The position numbers were made by a program, and so were the translations under genes. Below, piece after piece: positions 51,968 through 64,000 of a DNA stretch of 64,000 nt (the first letter of the stretch is position 1; each line of letters begins with the position of its first letter). The stretch lies in contig MCFH01000092.1 in the NCBI GenBank assembly GCA_002104945.1, positions 55,417 through 119,416 on the forward strand, read 5' to 3'. The DNA comes from Piromyces finnis finn. Its lineage: Eukaryota; Fungi; Neocallimastigomycota. The notes beneath the pieces are model-generated. The model saw only the letters and a program-made list of their open reading frames with translations. It made no database searches and was not told the origin of the DNA.

Positions 51968-54900
51968 CTATAATGGAGAATGCATACCCCTATTTATTTA
52001 AATAATTATAAATACATAAATAAATATAATTCTATTTTTACAATAAAAAATTATTTTTATTATATACTTACAACTAAATTTATTTTTATGTTTTTTTTTT
52101 TTTTTTTTTTTTTAATAAAAAAAAAATATTAGCATTGATTATATATATATAATTTTAGTATTAAGATATAAAATATAATTACCTTAGTATTAAATTCAAG
52201 TTTGGTTCTTTTTTGACATCTAGTATATTCTTTTCTATCCAGTTTTTTAGCAAATTCGTGAGCAGGAATAAGAGCAATTGGCCAAATAATAAATAATAAA
52301 TGATAATAAAATGGTATTTTTCCAAGTGAATTTTTAAATGTATCTTTCATATCTAAATTGATAAGGGTTATTCCAATATGTAAAATAAGCCTATTTTCAT
52401 AATATTTTAATAAATGATTTTAAATATTTTTTTTTCTTTTCCAATTCTTTTATAAAAAGTCATAATTAATATTCATTTATACATACATTAAAATTGATAC
52501 AATAAACCATTTGTGATTCATTATTGGTGAAACTTTAAATATACTTTGTGTACGATTAACAAATGTAGCTGATGTCCAAACTGCAATTATTGTTATTGTA
52601 AATATTTAATGATTTATATATATTAGTATTTTATAATAACTTTTGTAATTAATTTTTATAATAGTTATAATTATTTTGTTATTATTATTATTATATATAT
52701 ATACTATATACATACTAATGTAATAAACAAATAAAAATAGTGTTATAATTTGTGCATATTTTAAAGCATTTCTTGATTCCTCATCCCAATCTAAGAAAGA
52801 CTTATTATAAGTTTGATATATTTTAAATAATGAAAATGTATCACTTTCTTGTTTTAATAATCGAGTCAATATACTAAAAAAAATCATTATATATATAAAA
52901 GATTAATTAGGTTTACTTTTTCTTTTCTTATTTTTACTTCTACTACTATTATAATAATGATAGTAATATTAGTAATAATAATAAGTAAATAATTCATCCT
53001 TACATTTCAAAAGCTAATACAACCATAAGGATAATTAAGATAAATCGTATAATGAAATATCTATAAAATTTATTTTTATTTGTAATATGATTTTGATTCT
53101 TAGATGGCATTAAGGTCATTGTTTCAGGATCATGAGGTGTTGATAAAAGTGTTGCGGAAATGATAGGAAGAAATATCCATGATAACCAAATGATTTGCCA
53201 TGTAGTAAATAAAGGTGGATTTAAAAGCAAATATAAGAATATATAGCATATTGAAAGAGTTAATAATGAACCTAGTAATAAAAAGAAAGCATTAATCATA
53301 CTAATTTGTAATTCTCTTGATTCACGAATAATTTGTGTTAAAATATATAAACTAGAATCGGAATTCATAAATAAGGAGCATGGTAAACTAATGAAATCTG
53401 CAGCATAAGTTAATGGAGATTGTAAAGAAATTTGATTCTTTGATTTTGTTTGTTGTTTTGTGTGTAATGGTGCAATGGCTACGGAAACATCAGCCTATAT
53501 TATGTATATAATATATATATTTAAAAAAAAAAAATAATAATAAATTATTTTATTTCTATATAATATTTAGATATTATGAATAAAAATAAAAATATGATAA
53601 CATACAATTGCAAAAGATGAAATATTCTTAAAGTTAAGAGCACTACCAATACAACAAACAACTTCACCATTTTCTTGGAATATTTCAATTAATTCCTTTA
53701 TTGCATTAGGAGTACATTCAGCAAATAATGAAACATGTAATGGAATATCATCGACATTCTCAATATGGGATCTAATATTTTCTATACCTCTTGGTAATTG
53801 TGCTTTGATATCATGTAACTCTTGATAGCCGCTACTTTCACTATCAGATGATAAAAGAATGCAACTATTCCAATCAGTTTCAAGACCAATTCTTTCAGCA
53901 AAAGCTATTTAAAATAAATGCATTAAATACTGATATTTTATTTTTTATGTTTAATTTATAATATAATCTACTGGTATAAAAATATTTACCTTTACTTTCG
54001 CGTTCAGGTGCTGGTGATAAATAGACAAAACGAATACCAGCAAGACGAACATCTTCTACAAAATCTGACACATGCTATATAATATTATTGATAATAGCAA
54101 TAATAGTATTTAATATTGTTAATTATCATTATAAAGCAAAATAAATAATTTAAAATCAATCAATATATTTACTTGTTTTAAACGATGTGTTGCTAATGTA
54201 GCTAAACATAAAAATATTTGACTTCTTAAAATGTATGAATAAGGATTGGTTGAAATAACATCAATTGATTGTCTTCTATTATCTTCTTCACTGCCATATG
54301 ATACTATATTATTTGAATTTGATGCATTTGATAATGCTGTTGAAGTATTCAATAATTTATGTTTTGGTAGCATTTCAAAGAATAATGGTTTTTTATCAAA
54401 AGATGATAATTGGAAAATCTCTTCTCTATGAATTGGACGATAGGCATAAGTAATAATTTGGTTATCATTTGATGTTGCTGTTTGACAAAAATCGAGAATT
54501 TTCTTTTCAATCTAAATAACAGAATTTTAATATGGAAAGTATTAAATAATCTATTGGAATTGGAATATATCTACTACAATCTAGTGCTAATTTCATAATA
54601 AAACCACTTACATTTCTATCAATAGCACTTAAATCTTCACCATTCCAATAATCTAAACAGCAATCAAGAACCAATTCCACACTTCCGTCAGTTATTAATT
54701 GATAGCCAGAGGAAGCTTCTTCAAAAATTTGAGAAAACATATTTGGGACTTTGAAATGATAGTCAACCATTTTCTCTAAAGATGGATGGGATGGACTCAA
54801 TGTATATAATTGTTTTAATAGTTTAAATGATTTAATAACATCTACTGAAAACCCTATTTCTCTTCCTAGTCGACAAAGACATGCTATTTTAAATTTATAT

Positions 54901-57875
54901 ATTATAAATTTTGAATTTTTTCAATATATTTCATTAATATTATGTATATTGAAATCATTATTTTAGTACTACATCTATATATAATATATAAATATTTAAT
55001 TTACTTTGTCTGGCTGATTGGGTTCTACCACAAAAATGAAGACCCGATAATCTTCTATGAGGATCGTTTCTGATTTTACCTTCAGCAAATCCACAATTTG
55101 TATTCAATAATAAATTTAAACCTAATGGCTTTAATGAACTATGGAATATGAAAAGTAATAAAGTTTTATTAATTTCTAAAATATATATATAGCATTATTT
55201 TTTATCAATTCTTACGATAAATGATTATTCCAATCACTATCTTCAAAACGAATTCCATTTGGATTTTGTGAACTTTCTTCTACATCTAAAATTACTGATT
55301 TACCATCTTTATCAATAAAGAAAAGTTGTTCAATAGATGGGAAAGGCTTTAAAAATAATATAATAAATATTTAAAAGACATTTGAAATAAATACTTAATG
55401 TATATAAAAATTATAAATTTAAATAAAATAAAAATTATATTTTAGATAAAAAATATATACATATGATAATGTTCCTTCCTTATCTAATGCGCATATAACA
55501 GTAATACTACCAAGAGTATCAAGTAATGAAGAAGATCTTAATAAAGTTCCTTTCTTAGTTTTAAAAATGGATTGAGCATATTTTAAGACATCACCTATAT
55601 TTATTTATATATTTTATAATAAAAATAAATATAATTTAGCAAATTACTATTAAAAATAATAATATGTCACTATAAATATTATATTTTACCAAATGACACA
55701 TGAATATCTTTTGTTGGTGCTGGTGCTGGATCAAACTCATCAATATTTTCATCATCTTTATATTCATTTTTAGATTTTTTTAATTGTTCAAACATAAAAA
55801 GAATATGTGAGTTACCAAAAACATGAACCATTGTAAAACCAATAATCAATGGACTAAAAATCAATGGAATAAATGCTGAAAGTGGACGATAAAGAAAATA
55901 ATCGATAATAACATTTAATAAATTTTCTTTTAAATGGTTTCCGATGATTTCATATAAAAATCTTCCCAAAGCTATAGCTAATGCAATAATAAAATTATAT
56001 AAAAAGAAATGCGAGAATATTTCTCTTTTAATTATTCGCATTTGATGACCTAATGGGGGTGTAGGACGTTTGCTAGTAAAAATTGATTCCAATGAATTAT
56101 GAATTGGTGTTTCTAGTAATTCAAAAGTAAAAAGACTTGAATTAAATGTTGTTTCTTGTAAACCATCTTTAGCAACTTGAGATTCGAAAAAATTTGGTCT
56201 AAATTTCTGACGATTCTTAAGAATAGGGTTTTTCGGTATATAAGTTTTATTACGTTCGGACGGAACATATTTTGCATCACATGGAATTCTTTCCCCATAT
56301 GTAATTTCTACAATATCTCCTTTAACCAATAAAGAAACAGGGAATGTTTTACTTTTTCCATCTCGAATAACTCTTAATACTGAAACAGAATTAGTTGATG
56401 GAATACGAAGTTCCTAAATACAAATTAAAATTACAAATCACAAGTAAAATGATAATATATAATAATGTTATTATTATTAGAATTAAAATTGTAATATTTA
56501 TGGATTATTATTATTCTTTAATCTATTGTTATTGATATTTTTTATTTATATTATATATATAAATCTATTTAAATTGTTATTACTTGTATCATATTAATCC
56601 CTGAAGTCCTTATCTTAGTAAATACATATTTAGCCTTATTTACTAATTCTGAACAATATGCTTCCGTTTCATGTTTAATAATAATGATATTTAAAAACAT
56701 CCAAAAAGTTAACAAAATAGTCTCGATTAGATATTCTATACTATAGTGTAATGATTTTTGCTTAATGGTTGAAGTAATAAAAAGAAATATAAATACAATA
56801 ATGGTTATAAGTTGTAATAAAGTGATAATAATAAATGCTTTATTTGTTAATATTTCTATTTAAAATATATTAATAAATATATCATTAGATATATATGTTA
56901 TCATTTGATGGTGTTTATTTTTTTATTAAATACTAATTCTTACTCCTTTTTTTTTGTTCATTATTATTTATTCTTTCTTCTTCCAATAACAAACGACTAT
57001 ATAAAATATTTTAATAAAAAATAAAATATTGATTAATTTATAAATTTTATATTACATTATTATGTCTTATTAAAATAATACAAAATAATATTTAGGAAAA
57101 ATATGTACTTTAAAGCTTCTTCGCTACTTAAACCCTTAACTTCATTAATATATTCATCTGGTGATAGAAATGTTGGTGTTTTCTGTTTTAATAATTTTGA
57201 TGGTAATCTATTTTTATTTTTTTTTTGCTTAATTGACAGCATTGCCTTTGACGATAATGATTTTGAAGTGTTATTTAGTTTTGCTTTGGACAATATATTA
57301 CTTTTGTTACGTCTTGATTTTGGAGGTGCACTTAAATTTGAATATTTAGCATTACTAACTGATTGATTTAACGATGATGCTGTATTTGAAAAATCCGCCA
57401 TATCATCTACTGAAGAGCTTTTATTATTAAATTCTGTTAATTCTATATCTATTTCATCCTTAAATCTTGATGGTGATTCGCATAAATAATCTGAGTTTAT
57501 AATACTATTATCTATATCTAGAGAGTTTACGTTTTTACTTTCTTTATTTTCATTTAAAGATTTATCTTTCTTCAGTTTGTCTTTTTTCTTTGTTTTTTTT
57601 TTTTTTATAGTAATATCTTCTTCATCTGACCCATCAATTGAAATAGCTTCATATGCTATTTGAGTTAAAGGCGTTGGAACTTTGACCTGCGAACCTGAAG
57701 AAGTTCTTGAAATATTAATTTTTAAAGGAGGAGATGAGCTATTTATATTTTCTCCCTCATTTATATTAATTACATGGGAATGTGAACCAGATTTCGATAA
57801 AGCAATATTTGATGAATCAAAAGATGAATTTTCATTTGAATCATTAGAATTAGTTAATGGAGAGGTTGAAGACAT
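51968..57875 (-). CDS. TMEM94: TMEM94/KIAA0195 (ERMA) P-type-ATPase-like membrane protein, 17 exons, ~1394 aa
   Basis: Exons: 57875-57109, 56996-56944, 56855-56584, 56413-55690, 55594-55461, 55346-55216, 55138-55005, 54883-54612, 54511-54173, 54074-53990, 53904-53606, 53494-53004, 52873-52716, 52580-52487, 52390-52183, 52073-52072, 51989-51968. Motifs: VKGDIV...GERIPC, LGSITVICALDKEGTLS, SLKPLGLNLLLN, CLCRLGREIGF, GLETDWNSCILLS, LFAECTP...GEVVCCIGS, KLEFNTKLGMHSP. Confidence 0.9.
52072..52073 (-). other. Predicted 2-nt coding microexon (TT) of TMEM94
   Basis: The minus strand reads aatttAG|TT|GTAAGT. Including it joins phase 0 to phase 2 and restores TKLGMxSP. Confidence 0.8.
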
Positions 57876-60010
57876 ATTTATTTTATTGAATATTTATTGT
57901 TTTTTCTTAATTTCTTTTGTATTACTTTTATAATATATATATAATATATAACATATAAAGTAACTTGCAGTGATTTTTTATGATTTTTAAAATTGTGAAT
58001 TCTTTTCTTTTTTTTTTTTTTGCTAACTTAAATTATTATACTATATAATTTTAACAAAATTATAAAAAAGTAATATAGTATATATATATAAATATTCTTT
58101 TAATTCTTTTAATTGTTTTATATATATATATATTGTATAGCTATTTTAATCTAATTGATATTTATTATCAATAATTCCTTAAACTATGTTTTATAATATC
58201 CTTGAAAAATGTCTACCTTAATATTACAGATGTATTATCTAAACATAAATATAAAAAATAAAAAATAATAAAATGAAGAAAAATGAAATTAGTTCAGAAA
58301 AGAAAAATTTATTTTAATATAAGCTATTGAATAATTGTAATAAATTATTTGTAATTTTTATTTATTTATTTTTTTTTTTTTTTTTGATATTTTATTTTGT
58401 AAATAAAATTTTATTATATATTAAATGACTTGTTTCGTTTTGTTTTATTGTTCTTTTCTATGAAAGAAATTAAAAAAAAAAAAAAAAGGTAAAAATGATT
58501 CAAATTCACACTTAAAAATTGAATTTCTTGAATTTATCATTATTAAATAAAAAAAAAGATTTTGAAATTAATCAATATAATTAATGAAATTAATTTTACT
58601 AATGTAATTGAAAATCCTTGCTTAATAGATAATTTTATTAAAATTTGTAACTTTCAAATTATAACACTTTTTAATTATCGTATAAATTCATATATATATT
58701 TCAACATATTAAGTAATTTCATATTAATATATTTAAAAATCAATAATTACTTTTTTATACGAAAAAAGCAGATACTTTATAATCAATTATATATAAAAGT
58801 ATATATATGCTAAATATATCTTAAAATGTATATTTTTAATTGTAATTTTAAATTATTCCATTTTTATTGAAACATTTATCTTTCCAGTTTTTTATTTAAA
58901 AAAAAGTAAAAATTATTTTATATGAAAGTTTTTTGCCAATATTTTTTTTTTAAAATAAATTGTTAATAAATAAAGTTATTTAATAACTATTGAAAAAGCT
59001 TTTTGAATTTTGAATTTAAAAGGTTAGGTTTTATGTTTTAAGTTTTATTATAATATTTTAACCTATTTATTTTAATGTTTATACAATAAATATATTTAAA
59101 TTATAACAAAATATATAATATTATATAAAAGTATTACAAAAAAAAACAATAAAAGGTCTATCTATATATATATTTTTTAATCAAAAACTAATAAGTAAAT
59201 ATGATAGCACCAGAAATTTTCAAAAAAAAATAGTATTAAATATAATATTTAATTTACTTAAATTCTTTCTTTAATGAAAATTACTTTGACTTTAATTTTT
59301 AAATAATTAAACAATTCACAATTAATTTCAATACCTGATTATTAAAAAAAAAAAAGAGTATAGAAACTTAAATCATTATATCATTATTTTTATAGAATTA
59401 GTACTTTACATAAAATTTAAAATTTAGTAATAGAATATTAGTTTAAAAAATGTTCAATATGATATAATTTTTGTTTAAAGATTTTGTTATGCTTTTTTTT
59501 TTTTTTTAAAAAAAGTGTTAAAAGAAACATATAATTAACGTTAAAGTGTGTGTAAGATCAATTTAATTAAAATACTAAAAAAGTCAGTTTATTAATATAC
59601 TTTTATATATCATTAATTATTTTTAATTTGTTAAATGAATAAATATAGAAAATTTGTTAAAACAATGAAATAAACGTTAAAATAAAAATTATAAAAAACT
59701 AAAGAATAATACACATAATTTTCATTTTAATTTATTAAATAAAATTATCTATCTCTTTAAATTATCGTGTATGAAATAACTTTTTTATTTCAATTAAAGA
59801 AATTTAATTTAAAATTGAATTTGATTATTGCTATATTTTTTTCCATTTAAAGTTTTATTTTTATTATGAATATTTTGGTAACTTTTTTTTTCCCCACTTC
59901 CTAATATAAAATTATTCATATTATATAATATCTCCAAAAATAATTTGAATCTAAGAATTTAATAATAGAAAACTTTAATTTTTAGAAAATTTCTTGGTTT
60001 TTTAATAAAC

Positions 60011-60254
<244 letters not shown>

Positions 60255-62874
60255 AAAATAGGTAGAAGTTAAAAAAATAAATAATCATTAATTATTAAAT
60301 AACCATAATTCAATATTAATAATATTGATATTTTTAGGAATAATTAAAAATGTAATGACTTTGTTGCTGTGAATTTATTAAGCTTTGTATTGTAAAAGAA
60401 AGGCAAAGAATTACTTAAAAGTAATATTACTCTTTTTTTTTTATTTTTCCTTTTCAAATAATAAATAATAAAAATATATATAAAAAAGGCACAACTTGAT
60501 TTAAAGACTCTTTTAAAATATTAATATTTAATTTTTTTTCTTATTTTCCCTTGGTATTGATATATTCTTTTTTTCTTTATTCTTCTTTTTTGTTTATCTT
60601 TTTTTTCATTACTTTTTATATTTTATGTATGAATCTATTTTTTATCTTTTTCATTTTTTTTATCATATAACATGTGTTATCAAATTTTTAATTTTTTAAT
60701 ATCAAATTTAATATCATAATTTTTATATATTATTATATATTATTTATTATCTATCTTTTTTTTTTTTTCAATGTAATTTCTGTTTTTTTTTATTATATCT
60801 AAATTTTTTTTACTTAATAATTATAGTTTATATTCTATTTATATATGATTAAAATTAGTTTTTTTTTTTTTTATTTTATTTTATTTTATTTTATTTCTTT
60901 TATTATATTATACTTTTATTATTATTTTTTGGAAAAGAATAAATGATAAGAATTAAATTATTTAAAAAAATATAAATAAAAATTTTTTTAAAAAAGATTT
61001 AATAATATTATTAATTTTATATTAATATTCTATTTTATTATTAAATAAAATTAATTATAACAAAATCCTCAAGTTCTATGTAGTTTTATATTATAATACT
61101 TCCTTTTACTTTTTTTTTTTTATTCTTTTTTTTTCTTTTCAAATACTATTAAATAAAGCTAATGGTATTTATTTAGATAAAAATAAAAAAAAATTGCTTT
61201 ATTTAACTATTAAAACTGTATGATATCATCTATATAATTTTATTGTAAATTTATTTATATATTTATATAATAAAATTCGAATAATTTAAATTTTGTTAAT
61301 GTTTAACTATTGTCAAAATGGTCGCATTTAATTTAATTGGAATTGAATTCAGAAAATAACAACAACAACAATAAAAGCAATACGATATTGAAAAGTTAGA
61401 ATTGATAGTATTAAGTAATAATAACAACAATAATAAAAACAACCAAGCAAATATATTTTTATTAACATTAATAGTTAAATTTTAATATAAAAATATCAAG
61501 AGAACTGTAAAATGTATAAACATTATTTGATTTTATAATTTTAATTTTATCATTAAGAAGATAATTTTTCCTGTATAAATTTTAAAGATAGCAAGTATCA
61601 AAAATAAAAAAAAAGCAATTATTTGGATTTAATTTAGTGTTACATTTAAACATTTTAATAAAAGATGAAATATATTTCAGACGTAATGTTTAGCTTTATT
61701 AAATTAGAAAATACTTTAAATGTAATTGAGAAAGAATATTAAAATAACATTAATAGTCAAATAACAGATATACATAAAATAATAAAAAATAATAATTATA
61801 AATATTCTTGTAAAATTATTTTTTTATAAAATAAAAAAAGTATTGTTGACAAATATAATAAAACATTTTTTGCCAACTTGTTACTAATTTTCTTTTTTTT
61901 ATATTAATATTAATATATTCAATGTATATTATTATTATCATAATATTCTTTTAAATATTTTTTATTGTATTTCTATATTTATATTTAAAAATAATTTATT
62001 AATGGATATAAATATAATTATTTCTTGGTTTTTTTTTTATTAATCACCTATATAAATAAAAAACAAAAATTGGATATTAATTTTTCAATTGTTGTAATGT
62101 AAATTTTAATTTTAACTACATATATATCTACTTTTTTCTAAAAAGGTAAGTTTAATAATATATACAGTAATATTATTACATTTATTATATATTATGGATT
62201 TAAATAATTTAAAAAATTAATTTCATTTTCTTTATAATTTTTATTATTCTTTTATATATATTATAATAAGAAAATTTGAAATAATAACATTAAGTGCAAA
62301 ATTATATTTCTTTTTATTTATTTGTTGAATACAATAGAAAATACATATAAGAAGTGTTTTTTTTTTTCAACACAATATTGTATTATTTATAAAAATATAA
62401 CTTCTATTAGATAAATTCAATAGATGATAATACATTAAATTGTTTCAGAAAATATTTAATGAATGACAATATAAACAAATTTATGTTTAAATATTTACTA
62501 CTTTGAAGTAATTTCATATATAATATTTTAATAATATAAATTGATTAATACTTAAATATATTTGATATTTAATATTTACAAATAATTTCGTATAAACATA
62601 TAAAATTCTTTTTATTTTATAATTTCTAAATAATTAATATATTTTTAAAGAATAATGAAATTTAAATATCAACATCAATCTAACTACAAAAATCGATAAA
62701 TTATATTTCACACTATACAACATAACAACTTATTTGTCAAAAATTTTCAATAAAACATATTAATATAATCAATAGTAATTAATAATTAAATTTCTCGAGT
62801 ACTTTATATTTATATAAACCAAATAATAACTTTAATAGCATTTTATTATAGATAGATTAATAAAAAGAAAAAAA

Positions 62875-64000
<1,126 letters not shown>

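Noticed and set aside
39078-57933. Short track ORFs antisense to or out of frame with real genes (e.g. 39078, 39387, 44263, 45323, 46495, 46819, 50008, 54246, 54265, 56113, 57103, 57682)
   Set aside because: Shadows or alternative frames of the kinase, RPS17, CCDC146 and TMEM94 exons.

Overview
Extremely AT-rich eukaryotic DNA, most consistent with an anaerobic gut fungus (Neocallimastigomycota). This is inferred from the AT content, short GT-AG introns, a flagellar CCDC146 gene, an ankyrin-repeat gene and xSKT(I/L)P repeats. The window opens inside a non-LTR (LINE) retrotransposon encoding APE endonuclease, RT and a CCHC knuckle, with an in-frame TAG inside endonuclease motif I. It is followed head-to-tail by a 3'UTR relic and an internally deleted second copy. 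Next come an intronless ankyrin-repeat gene, an inverted pair of HSP20 pseudogenes, a 133-aa protein with a neurabin/spinophilin-type PP1-docking motif, and a ~12.6 kb gene-poor tract. A 1278-aa secreted repeat protein (basic half, acidic half) and a 53-aa secreted peptide gene missed by the ORF track follow. The rest holds an NPR1/HAL5-family kinase, MPV17/SYM1, RPS17, CCDC146 (15 exons), TMEM94 (17 exons, apparently including a 2-nt microexon) and the 5' part of a PPZ-type phosphatase. Exon structures were traced by hand. No tRNA, rRNA or CRISPR array was found. All family assignments rest on recognised motifs, not on database searches.
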